Assembly: GCA_041667545.1 (NCBI GenBank)
Contig: JBAYES010000005.1
Coordinates: 1-63,636 of the forward strand
Reading direction: 5' to 3'
Source of the DNA: Candidatus Omnitrophota bacterium
Lineage (GTDB): Bacteria; Omnitrophota; Gorgyraeia; Tantalellales; Tantalellaceae
DNA: 63,636 bases
Positions within the stretch are counted from its first letter, which is position 1, and every line of letters starts with the position of its first letter. Made by a program: the position numbers and the translations under genes. This document shows positions 9,764-18,607 of the stretch, piece after piece. Under the pieces are notes generated by a model, which did no database searches, was not told the DNA's origin, and saw nothing but the letters and a program-made list of their open reading frames with translations.

Positions 9764-11653
9764 CTAATCATCGTTGATAAGAGGGTTAGCGGGAATAAGC
9801 CCGTTGTAATCGTCTATATTCCCGCCTTGCATGCAGCATTCAATGATCTTTTTGCCCCGCGGATCAATTTTTTCTTTGAGGAATTTTAACAGTTCCCGAT
9901 GAAAGAATTCAGTGAGGAGCGCGGCTCCCTTATCATACGCTTCTTCGCCGACTTCAGGCTGACGATCGACCCGGAGAAACCAGTCGCCGATCATTTGTCC
10001 TTCGATCATCATAGAGCGAACGGCGTAACCCAGAAGGGGACAGCGGGCCGGGACTAACTGCTCGCTGGGGAATTTTGCCATCCCCCTGCGGGCGAGATAT
10101 TCGCGGGCGATCCATTGGGGCATAAAACCAACTTCCCAGGCCCCAATATGCTGGTTGGGGCAGAGAATATAACGTGTGTCTGTATTGGAAATGAACTGGT
10201 CGAGCAAAAGATTCGCCTGTTCGATGAAAGAGCCGGGAGCGAACGGGCCGTAGGAGCCGACTCCCTCAGAGCTCATTCCTTGTGTCTGGATGATGCTGGG
10301 ATTGCCATACCCGCGAGGCGCGACAAGCCGCCACAGCCATGCCAGGGATGGCGGCAGAAATTGCAGCATTCCAAGTATGCCATAGGTGGGATTCTCTTTT
10401 GTAGAGGGCGGCGTTCGAACGCCAAAACTTCTTACATCAATAGTTGCCGGGCCGTTCAAAATATTCGGGACAACATCCCTTGGTATTATGACCCGAGGAT
10501 TGGGACAGGGGATACCCGGAGCATCTTCGACATGTTCCCAGATCAACGCGGTAGAGCCCGGAGCGGCATCAATATTTAAAAAAAGCAGAGGCCTTGAAGG
10601 ATGAGTTGTAATTTTCTCCAAATGAGGATCGGTGCCGTATTCTGTAATGTGGTTGACCCTGATAAACCAGGCGTCTTCGGCGTCGATCAGAGCCAGTTTC
10701 CCGTTTTTCTTCTGCAAAGAGGGAAGACATAAAGCCATGTCGTCATTAACGGGGCGTAATTCGCAGGCGCGGGGCAAAATGATATATCGCCTTTCTCCCG
10801 TGCTAAGATTTTTGCCCAAAAGAATGCTTCCGTCATGCTCGCGGTGGAGATTTTCCAGCATTTCGCTTTTTCCGCCGCCGCTCGCCCCTTCGTGCATAAT
10901 GGAGACTTTGTTGTCATAGGGAGTGATCACCTGCACCGTCGAACAATGGGCTGTCACCCAATTTTCCCGTTCACCCAGATTGATCAGCATGCCGTAAACA
11001 CCTTTTTTAGCGCTGGGGCCGGGATAAAGGTTATAACTGAACATCTCATACAAATTATTTAAACGGTTATGCACAACAACTTGTTTGCCTTCAAAATGAC
11101 TATGACGGAACGGAGGAGCGACATAGATGACGGCCTTCGGCTCAAAATTTTCCGGTAATTGGTCTGGATCAAGTATTCCCTGTAATAAGGCGAGTCCCAG
11201 CGCGAAAAAACCGGCATTGGAAGGCGCAACCACAACACTTTCAATACCATTCTCTTCAAAGCCGGCATTAAAGAAATATACGGATAGCTCTTGCGTTTTT
11301 AACCAATCAAACGTTTCCCGGCGAACTCGATGAAAATCGCTTTTAAAGCGCTCCTTGTATAGGCTTTTATTTGTTGGAAGTTCATCGGCTATCACCATGC
11401 ATTCAGGGTCTCTCCTGCGCATGTACGGCTCAACATAATTGGCGGCAATTCCGTTGCGTACCCGGCAAACACGGGCTTCGAGAACAGTTCCTTTACCCGG
11501 AACATCATAAGCCACATCATGCCATCCGTTCTTTTCGTCGCGACAGGCCAGATCTACGAGCATGTCCGCGCTGCTCGCGATGGTATAGGACGGGCAGTTG
11601 GACAAAACATCCGCCGCTTCCGGCGGTAACTTAAATTTATTCAGATCTTGCAT
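9764..11653 (-). CDS. Large P-loop protein, DUF4914-like (HprK/PEPCK-type GxSGxGKSE loop)
   Basis: 629-aa ORF. HEGASGGGKSEM resembles the HPr-kinase/PEPCK phosphate loop. The family name is from memory and not verified. Confidence 0.45.
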   Translation of the reverse strand: MQDLNKFKLPPEAADVLSNCPSYTIASSADMLVDLACRDEKNGWHDVAYDVPGKGTVLEARVCRVRNGIAANYVEPYMRRRDPECMVIADELPTNKSLYKERFKSDFHRVRRETFDWLKTQELSVYFFNAGFEENGIESVVVAPSNAGFFALGLALLQGILDPDQLPENFEPKAVIYVAPPFRHSHFEGKQVVVHNRLNNLYEMFSYNLYPGPSAKKGVYGMLINLGERENWVTAHCSTVQVITPYDNKVSIMHEGASGGGKSEMLENLHREHDGSILLGKNLSTGERRYIILPRACELRPVNDDMALCLPSLQKKNGKLALIDAEDAWFIRVNHITEYGTDPHLEKITTHPSRPLLFLNIDAAPGSTALIWEHVEDAPGIPCPNPRVIIPRDVVPNILNGPATIDVRSFGVRTPPSTKENPTYGILGMLQFLPPSLAWLWRLVAPRGYGNPSIIQTQGMSSEGVGSYGPFAPGSFIEQANLLLDQFISNTDTRYILCPNQHIGAWEVGFMPQWIAREYLARRGMAKFPSEQLVPARCPLLGYAVRSMMIEGQMIGDWFLRVDRQPEVGEEAYDKGAALLTEFFHRELLKFLKEKIDPRGKKIIECCMQGGNIDDYNGLIPANPLINDD

Positions 11654-11665
11654 AAGACTCTCCTT

Positions 11666-11909
11666 GTATCACCTCAGTTCTCCGCAGTAAATTCCCGCGC
11701 CGTCGTCACGAGGAGCCCCCGAAGGGGGCGACGAAGTGATCTCATAATATGAAAATATTTCAGAGAGGGATTGCTTCGGCCCTATGCCAAGTCTGCCGAA
11801 ATCCTGAGCCATAGCATTTATCACGATACGAAGGGCTTCACCCGCCTTCGGCGGGTTCGCAAAGACGGGCGTGGGTACGCTACATTTCCGCGGAAAACTG
11901 AAATGTTAC
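11666..11909. mobile_element. Type-A MITE-like element, full copy, with an 8-bp target-site duplication
   Basis: Ends are GTATCACCTCAGTT... (degenerate) and ...AACTGAAATGTTAC. Flanked by perfect CTCTCCTT at 11658-11665 and 11910-11917. No ORF. Internal hairpin modules are shared with the other copies. Confidence 0.85.
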
Positions 11910-12020
11910 CTCTCCTTAATTAATATCGACGCCACGCTTGACTTTCGGGCATTTGAAGTATATTATTGAACTAAGCATTTGTAAAATAGATAATGTATAT
12001 GCAAAACATTTAAAATATCT

Positions 12021-12914
12021 ATGATACCTTTTAACTACCATCACCTTTACTATTTTTATGTCATAGCCCGGGAAGGTTCCATTGCAAGGGCCACCGAGCA
12101 GCTCAGGCTTGCCCAGCCGACATTGAGCGCTCAACTTAAGCAATTTGAAGACTTTTTGAAGGTAAAACTGTTCATCCGGGACAACAGAAAACTAATTCTT
12201 ACCGAAGAGGGCCACAAGGTCCTTTCCTACGCCAAGCTGATATTCGACATCGGGCAGGAACTTAAAGACCGGATGGTCGACCTGAAACACAAGGGCAGGC
12301 CTCATATAAACATAGGGGTGGGAAATTTTGTGCCGAAGACCTTGATAGATCTGTTGCTGGATTTTATTCTACAAAAACAACCGGATACCTTTATTCAGCT
12401 GGAAAAAGATAAAATGCCGAAACTTGTTCAGGACCTGGAAGATCATGCCATTGATATCGTTTTAACCGATACTCCGTTCGAAACCCCGTTAGGGAAAGGA
12501 TTTCACAGTAAATTCATCGGCAAGATACCTGTTGTATTCTGCGCCCATGCCAGGCTGTCCAGAAAGATCAAAAATTTCCCCAAGGATTTAAACGGGCAGC
12601 CTTTCATTTTGCCTGCAATGCCTAATCAAATTGCCTATAGAATAAAAGAATTCCTTTATGAACACCATATAGAGCCGAACATTATCGGTGAGATACAGGA
12701 TATTGAGACGGTAAGACGCCTGGCATTAAGAGGGTACGGCATTGCCGCGATCAATGAATTGACTATTAAAGAGGCCCCGAGCAATAAAAAACTGGTTATT
12801 CTCAACAAAAACTATAAGCACACTATTTATGAGAAAGCGTACATCATTACAAAAAAACGCAAACAAACCCTTCCGATAGTAGAATTAGTTTTAAATAATT
12901 TTGTATTCTCTTGA
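12021..12914 (+). CDS. LysR-family transcriptional regulator
   Basis: The N-terminal HTH (LYYFYVIAREGSIARATEQLRLAQPTLSAQLKQFE) is a typical LysR signature. 297 aa, divergent from the DUF4914-MFS-pur operon. Confidence 0.85.
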   Translation: MIPFNYHHLYYFYVIAREGSIARATEQLRLAQPTLSAQLKQFEDFLKVKLFIRDNRKLILTEEGHKVLSYAKLIFDIGQELKDRMVDLKHKGRPHINIGVGNFVPKTLIDLLLDFILQKQPDTFIQLEKDKMPKLVQDLEDHAIDIVLTDTPFETPLGKGFHSKFIGKIPVVFCAHARLSRKIKNFPKDLNGQPFILPAMPNQIAYRIKEFLYEHHIEPNIIGEIQDIETVRRLALRGYGIAAINELTIKEAPSNKKLVILNKNYKHTIYEKAYIITKKRKQTLPIVELVLNNFVFS

Positions 12915-13080
12915 CCTTTCAAAAGATATGTTTCTCGATTTTGGGGGATTGACCAGCAAAAACATCGCCTATTTATTACCGTGAAAGGAAGCGGAAAGGA
13001 ACATATCCGTTGAAGGGAAAGGGGCAAAAGTTAAATATTAAGACTTGACCCCATTGTATTCCTGTATGTATAACCGGAGG

Positions 13081-14325
13081 TCAAGCCCTGACCCCGGCTT
13101 CGTAGGCGGCGAGAGCTGAGGGGAAGGGGGATAGGGCTCTTTTGAGAACGCCTTGTAAGTGAGCGATGCATACTCCGTAATTGGTCACGGGTACTCCGTA
13201 TTTTCCGGCAAGATTTATCCTGCTCAGCATTTCTCTTCTGTTTATCATGCATCCGCCGCAATGAATGACGAGCTTGTATTCCCCGAGTGTTTCAGGATAA
13301 TCTTTACCCGCGTATACATCTATCTGTATGTCACAGCCCAGATATTGCCGGAGCCACCGGGGTATTTTAACCCTGCCGATATCGTCTTCCGCCGCGTGAT
13401 GAGAGCACGATTCGGCGATGAGGACCTTGTCGCCCTTTTTCAATTTGTCTATGGAACGCACTCCCTTCACCGCTTCGGTAAGGTCACCTTTATATCTGGA
13501 AAAAAGAATAGAGAATGTCGTACATTTCACTTCGGGAGGGGTGTCGGCTACGAACTTCATAACTACCTGGGAATCGCATATGGCGAGATCCGGCATTCGG
13601 TTTAAAATTGAAAAAACGCGGCTGTATTCTCTTTCTTTGACCACAAGGGTCATGGCGTCGTTATCAAGCGCGTCCCTTATAGTCTGGACCTGGGGGAGTA
13701 TGAGCCTTCCTTTGGGCGCCTGCAGATCTATAGGCACCACCAGCACCGCTATTCCTCCCGGAGGAATAAGGTCGCCCACTAAAGGAGGGGGTTTTAAAAA
13801 ATCAGACGGAACAAGATCTATGAGGTTTGCTTTTAGACCGTCAACGTACCGGTCTCTTTCGTATATATTTACGCTTGAAACAAGCAGGCATCCGGATGTC
13901 TTTTCCTTTACCAAAGATATAAAGTTTTCATCGGGATAGTTAGCATCTATTTTGTTTATGATGCCTATTAACGGCGTTCCTTTCTGTTCGCATTCACGCA
14001 ATACGGTCTCTTCGAAATGTCCCCACATGTCCGATTCTAAGATCAGACATACGATGTCGGCTCTGTTGAAGACTTTGCTTGTTTTCTCCAGCCGTTTTTC
14101 CCCCAGTACGGAGTTGTCATCGATGCCGGCGGTATCGAGAAAGATCACCGGGCCCAGAGGAAGCAATTCCATGGTCTTTTCCACTACATCGGTGGTGGTC
14201 CCCGGGACCGGACTTGTTATGGCTACTTCCTGGCCGGCTATCATGTTGAGAAAACTGGATTTTCCCACATTGGTCCTGCCGAAAACACCTATGTGAAGCC
14301 TTAAGGCCTTAGGAGCTTTGTCCAT
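13081..14325 (-). CDS. hydF: [FeFe]-hydrogenase H-cluster maturation GTPase HydF
   Basis: G1 loop GRTNVGKSS, G3 DTAG, NKID, and the C-terminal cluster motif CSHH...HCGGC (CxHx(n)HCxxC). Confidence 0.8.
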   Translation of the reverse strand: MDKAPKALRLHIGVFGRTNVGKSSFLNMIAGQEVAITSPVPGTTTDVVEKTMELLPLGPVIFLDTAGIDDNSVLGEKRLEKTSKVFNRADIVCLILESDMWGHFEETVLRECEQKGTPLIGIINKIDANYPDENFISLVKEKTSGCLLVSSVNIYERDRYVDGLKANLIDLVPSDFLKPPPLVGDLIPPGGIAVLVVPIDLQAPKGRLILPQVQTIRDALDNDAMTLVVKEREYSRVFSILNRMPDLAICDSQVVMKFVADTPPEVKCTTFSILFSRYKGDLTEAVKGVRSIDKLKKGDKVLIAESCSHHAAEDDIGRVKIPRWLRQYLGCDIQIDVYAGKDYPETLGEYKLVIHCGGCMINRREMLSRINLAGKYGVPVTNYGVCIAHLQGVLKRALSPFPSALAAYEAGVRA

Positions 14326-15697
14326 TATCCCTGTACCCCAGTGACATTAGATTTGCCGGTGATAAGATATCCCGCACCTTTTCAGCGCCGAGTTTTTCAT
14401 GCAGGAATTGTTTTATATCCTTTCTCCCCGAACATGAGAACTCATTTATAAGCTGTTCCACTTTTTCATACCCCAAATGGGGGAGAAAGGCCGTTATTAT
14501 GAGCGGGTTATCGGCAACGTATTTTTCACAGATCTTTTCATCAGCTTTTATGTTTTCCACATGCCGTCCCAGCATTTTGGACGTTCTTTCCAGTATGCTG
14601 AGAGCTCCCAGGATGCCGTATGAAAGAAGAGGCATGAACTCATTTATCTGCAGACTGCTTCGGGATGCCGCCTCAAAAACTATCCCTATATCGGCGTCGG
14701 CTTTTATCGCGCCCTGCAGAGCGCATTCAAATATAACGGGATTGACTTTGCATGGCATTATGGATGATCCTCCCTGTACTTTCGCGAGCGATATTTCTCC
14801 CAGGAGGCTCAATATTCTGATGTCATTGCATATTTTTATTATGTTGGAGGCATGAGCCCGTAAGATCCCCGCCACCTCTACGAACGCGTCACTGTTAGCC
14901 GTCTGGTCCACGGCGTTCTCGCCCCGGGTAAGGCCGGCTCCCGTTAGTTCTCTCAGCTTGTCTATAACCAGAAAAACGTATCTTCTGGGCGCGGTCAGAC
15001 CCGTTCCCACAGCGGTGCCGCCTATATTGACCTGTCTCATTCTTTCCCGGCAGTTAAAGATCCGCCATCTATCCCGGGCTATAGCTTCGGCGAAAGCGGA
15101 AAATTCAGCGCCCAGTGTCATCGGAACGGCTTCCCTCATTTCTGTCCTGCCGGTCTTGACTATACCGGCAAATTCCTTTTCTTTTATTTGGAAGGCGCCC
15201 TGGAGAACTTCTATTGACGAGCTTAGCGTCCATAGCCCTTCCAGGACCGCAACCTTGACCGCGGTCGGATATACATCATTTGTGGACTGGTGCATATTGA
15301 CATCTTCGATGGGGCGCACTAACAAATACTCCCCCTTTACTCCGCCGCCTATCTCTATGGCCCGGTTAGCTATAACCTCGTTCATGTTCATATTGGTGGA
15401 GGTCCCGGCGCCTCCCTGAAGGGCGTCAAGAGGAAATTCATCAATATGTCCGCCTCGTATTATTTCATCACAGGCCTTTAACATCATATCCGCTTTCTTT
15501 CTTTCCAGATAACCCGCTTCCAGATTGGCCAGACAGCATGCTTTTTTTACGGTGGCCAGGGCCCTTATCAGCAGAGGGCTTGTCCTCGAGCCCGATATAT
15601 CGAAATTATCCAAGGCCCTCTGGGTATGTATTCCCCATAACCGGTCTTTTGGGATGTTCTTCTCGCCGATATTATCTCTTTCGATCCTGAATTCCAT
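14309..15697 (-). CDS. Aspartate ammonia-lyase / class-II fumarase superfamily protein
   Basis: 462 aa with TNMNMNEV, HQSTNDVYPTA and the signature GSSIMPCKVNP. The 3-prime end overlaps the hydF start by 17 nt. Confidence 0.8.
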   Translation of the reverse strand: MEFRIERDNIGEKNIPKDRLWGIHTQRALDNFDISGSRTSPLLIRALATVKKACCLANLEAGYLERKKADMMLKACDEIIRGGHIDEFPLDALQGGAGTSTNMNMNEVIANRAIEIGGGVKGEYLLVRPIEDVNMHQSTNDVYPTAVKVAVLEGLWTLSSSIEVLQGAFQIKEKEFAGIVKTGRTEMREAVPMTLGAEFSAFAEAIARDRWRIFNCRERMRQVNIGGTAVGTGLTAPRRYVFLVIDKLRELTGAGLTRGENAVDQTANSDAFVEVAGILRAHASNIIKICNDIRILSLLGEISLAKVQGGSSIMPCKVNPVIFECALQGAIKADADIGIVFEAASRSSLQINEFMPLLSYGILGALSILERTSKMLGRHVENIKADEKICEKYVADNPLIITAFLPHLGYEKVEQLINEFSCSGRKDIKQFLHEKLGAEKVRDILSPANLMSLGYRDNGQSS

Positions 15698-15914
15698 ATT
15701 ATTAAGTCCTTTTTTTGCCTGATGCGAGACGGCATCGCGGGGACCCGGTTCTCAGCTGGCATTTTAACTGAATTCGAAACCCTGTCACAATACAGGTCGG
15801 ATCAAAACCGTATTACTCGATCTGTCAGGCATGTTCCATGACGGAGTTGTTGCAGTCCTTCACTTAATCATTTTATCTTTAAATCGCCGTTTTTCAAGCA
15901 AAATAGGGATCGCG

Positions 15915-16233
15915 GTAACATTTCAGTTATCTGCAGTAAATTCCTGCACCGTCGTCACGAGGAGCCCTGTACCGTACGGTACAGGGCGACGAAGTGATCT
16001 CATAATATGAAAATATCTCGGAGGGAGATTGCTTCGGCCCTATGCAAAGTCTGCCGAAATCCTGAGCCTCGTATGTTCCCACGAAACGAAGGGCTTCGGC
16101 CCTATGCAAAGTCTGCCGAAATCCTGAGCCATAGCATTTATCACGATACGAAGGGCTTCGTCACTCACTTCGTTCGTTACTCGCAACGACGGGCGGTAGA
16201 ACGCGGAGTTACTGCGGAAGACTGAAATGTTAC
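15915..16233. mobile_element. Type-A MITE-like element, long variant with an internal 38-nt duplication
   Basis: Termini GTAACATTTCAGTT / AACTGAAATGTTAC. A perfect 38-nt repeat GCTTCGGCCCTATGCAAAGTCTGCCGAAATCCTGAGCC lies at 16031-16068 and 16093-16130. No flanking duplication found. Confidence 0.8.
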
Positions 16234-16246
16234 CAGGCAAAACAAA

Positions 16247-16275
16247 TTGACAAATATTTTCGCTTGCTATATATT
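16247..16275 (+). promoter_or_regulatory. Promoter candidate for the ars operon
   Basis: TTGACA (16247-16252), 17 nt, TATATT (16270-16275), followed by the RBS TGGAGG and the ATG at 16311. Confidence 0.5.
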
Positions 16276-16310
16276 TGTATATGCGGATACAAGAATATAT
16301 TGGAGGCTTA

Positions 16311-16691
16311 ATGGAACAATACATGCAATTATTCAGGGCCCTTTCGGACGCGACTCGACTCAGGATCATGGTTTTGCTTTCGGCGGGGGAAAGATGCGTT
16401 TGCCGGATAGAGGAGGCTTTGGATCTTTCGCAGACAAAGGTCTCGCGCCACCTCACGGTTTTAAGGCAAGCGGGCCTGGTAAATGTTAGAAGGGACGGAT
16501 TATGGATGTATTACTCGCTTGCGGGAGCAAAAAACCGTTTGGAAGAAAAGATCTTTACCTGTTTTAAAGAATATCTCCGGAAGGAAGAAGGGTTTAAAAA
16601 AGATCCGGGAAACATGAAAAAATGCGGTCCCAAAGACCCGTTGAGACCCGGGACTAAATCAAAGAAAAAGCGTCGCGGCAAAGGCAGATGA
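16311..16691 (+). CDS. arsR: ArsR/SmtB-family metalloregulator
   Basis: [47 protein letters not shown] (HTH with a CVC metal site). Start chosen at the ATG behind the RBS. Basic K/R-rich C-terminal tail. Confidence 0.85.
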   Translation: MEQYMQLFRALSDATRLRIMVLLSAGERCVCRIEEALDLSQTKVSRHLTVLRQAGLVNVRRDGLWMYYSLAGAKNRLEEKIFTCFKEYLRKEEGFKKDPGNMKKCGPKDPLRPGTKSKKKRRGKGR

Positions 16692-17872
16692 AAATGGAAA
16701 AGATAATTTACGAAGAGAGAGATCTTGGTTTTTTCGAAAGATATCTGACCTTATGGGTTATTGCCTGTATCGGAGCGGGCATTTTTACAGGCAGGGTCGC
16801 TCCTGATCTGGCGGCATTTTTGGATTCCCTTGCGATCTATGCGGGCGGCGCTCCGGTTGTTTCTATCCCTATAGCGGTCTGTTTATTCTTTATGATGTAT
16901 CCTATCATGGTCAAGATAGATTTTGCCGAAGTGGTGAAGGCCGGAAAATCCCCAAAACCTGTAGGCCTGACATTGTTCGTGAACTGGGCGGTAAAGCCCT
17001 TTACGATGTATGCCGTCGCGTTCTTATTTCTGGGAGTTCTTTTCAGGGGATTTATAGGGGAGGAAGCGGTTGATCTTGTCAAATTACCTCCGGGATCCGC
17101 GGATTGGGCTATCGGATCTATCAGAGGGTCGGGTACGGTGGTTTTTCATGAAGGCATAAAAATGCTTCAAGTGCCTTTGTGGCGAAGTTATTTCGCGGGC
17201 GCCATTCTTCTGGGCATTGCTCCCTGTACCGCAATGGTGCTCGTATGGGGGTTTTTGTCGAAGGGGAACGACGGGCATACTCTTGTTATGGTGGCTATAA
17301 ATTCTTTGACCATGCTTTTGCTGTACGGGGTCTTGGGGGGATTCTTGCTGGGGGTCGGCCAGATGCCGGTGCCCTGGGAGGCGCTTTTATTGTCTATCGC
17401 GATCTATGTGGCTCTGCCTCTTGTTGCGGGATATTTTTCAAGAAGATGGATAATTTCGAGAAAGGGGCTAAGCTGGTTCAATGAAAAGTTCCTGCACCTT
17501 CTTTCCCCGGTATCGATAATAGCACTGCTTATTACTCTTGTTTTGCTGTTTTCTCTTAAAGGAGGAGTGATATTAGCTCAGCCGCTGACCATTCTTTGGA
17601 TAGCCGTTCCGCTGTTCATTCAGACCTGTTTCATTTTTGCCGTAACGTACTGGATGGCAAAAAAATTAAAGTTACGATATGAAGACGCCGCCCCATCGGC
17701 ATTGGTGGGAGCCAGTAATCATTTTGAGGTGGCGATAGCGACAGCCACAATGTTGTTCGGCCTTTCATCAGGCGCGGCATTAGCCACGGTAGTCGGAGTT
17801 CTAATAGAAGTCCCGGTAATGCTTATGCTTGTTAAAGTTTGCCTTAGGACAAAAAACTGGTTCGCGAACTAA
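16688..17872 (+). CDS. acr3: ACR3-family arsenite efflux permease
   Basis: 394-aa membrane protein with an ATGA overlap onto arsR. Motifs such as [10 protein letters not shown] and [11 protein letters not shown] are typical of ACR3. Confidence 0.85.
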   Translation: MKMEKIIYEERDLGFFERYLTLWVIACIGAGIFTGRVAPDLAAFLDSLAIYAGGAPVVSIPIAVCLFFMMYPIMVKIDFAEVVKAGKSPKPVGLTLFVNWAVKPFTMYAVAFLFLGVLFRGFIGEEAVDLVKLPPGSADWAIGSIRGSGTVVFHEGIKMLQVPLWRSYFAGAILLGIAPCTAMVLVWGFLSKGNDGHTLVMVAINSLTMLLLYGVLGGFLLGVGQMPVPWEALLLSIAIYVALPLVAGYFSRRWIISRKGLSWFNEKFLHLLSPVSIIALLITLVLLFSLKGGVILAQPLTILWIAVPLFIQTCFIFAVTYWMAKKLKLRYEDAAPSALVGASNHFEVAIATATMLFGLSSGAALATVVGVLIEVPVMLMLVKVCLRTKNWFAN

Positions 17873-17875
17873 TAT

Positions 17876-18090
17876 AGAGTTCTGCGAAATGCCTATTTCT
17901 CGTCATTGCGAGGGAGCGAAGCGACTGAAGCAACCTTATAACCTGTTATATTTATTGAGATTGATTCGGCCATCTACTAAGTCTGCCGAAATCCTGAGCC
18001 ATGGCATTTATAACAATACGAAGGGCTTTGTCACTCACTTCGTTCGTTCCTCGCAAAGACAGAATAAAAGTCTATTTTGCAGAATTCTCT
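17876..18090. mobile_element. Type-B MITE-like element between acr3 and arsC, with a 9-bp target-site duplication
   Basis: Inverted termini AGAGTTCTGCGAAAT / ATTTTGCAGAATTCTCT. Direct repeat AACTAATAT at 17867-17875 (contains the acr3 stop TAA) and 18091-18099. Confidence 0.85.
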
Positions 18091-18113
18091 AACTAATATC
18101 ATAAGGGGGAAAG

Positions 18114-18545
18114 GTGGAAAAAACAAAAATACTTTTCTTATGTACGGGCAATTCCTGCCGGAGCCAGATGGCGGAAGGCTGGGCAAGACATCTCAAGCCC
18201 GATACGGTTGAAGCTTATTCCGCCGGAATAGAAACACACGGGCTCAACCAACATGCCGTAAAAGTAATGAAAGAAGCCGGTGTTGATATATCCGGGTATA
18301 AAAGCAAGATGGCTTCGGAACTCAAAGACATTGAGTTCGACTATGTTGTCACGGTTTGCGGTCATGCCAATGAGACCTGTCCTTTCTTTCCGGGGAAAGC
18401 CAAAGTTGTTCATGTTGGATTTGATGATCCGCCAAAATTGGCGAAAGAGGCGAGGACGGAAGAAGAGGCGCTGGGGCACTATAGAAGGGTCCGGGATGAG
18501 ATAAAGGATTTTATAAAGAACGTTCCCGAAAATTTGAAAAAATAA
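18114..18545 (+). CDS. arsC: Arsenate reductase, LMW-PTPase (thioredoxin-coupled) type
   Basis: GTG start behind GGGGGAAAGG. The CTGNSCRSQMAEG P-loop is the hallmark of this family. Confidence 0.85.
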   Translation: MEKTKILFLCTGNSCRSQMAEGWARHLKPDTVEAYSAGIETHGLNQHAVKVMKEAGVDISGYKSKMASELKDIEFDYVVTVCGHANETCPFFPGKAKVVHVGFDDPPKLAKEARTEEEALGHYRRVRDEIKDFIKNVPENLKK

Positions 18546-18607
18546 GACGGCGGCCATTTATTTGAGACTCGGATCAGATCGGACCCGAAAATATCCGCAA
18601 AGATAGT

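Noticed and set aside
16007-16456. ORFs 16007..16225 (+) and 16040..16456 (-), and similar ORFs at 17829..18092, 24187..24396, 25079..25342, 38741..39226 and 49205..49450
   Set aside because: They lie wholly or largely in MITE or repeat sequence, lack RBSs, and their peptide similarity to each other is explained by the DNA repeats.
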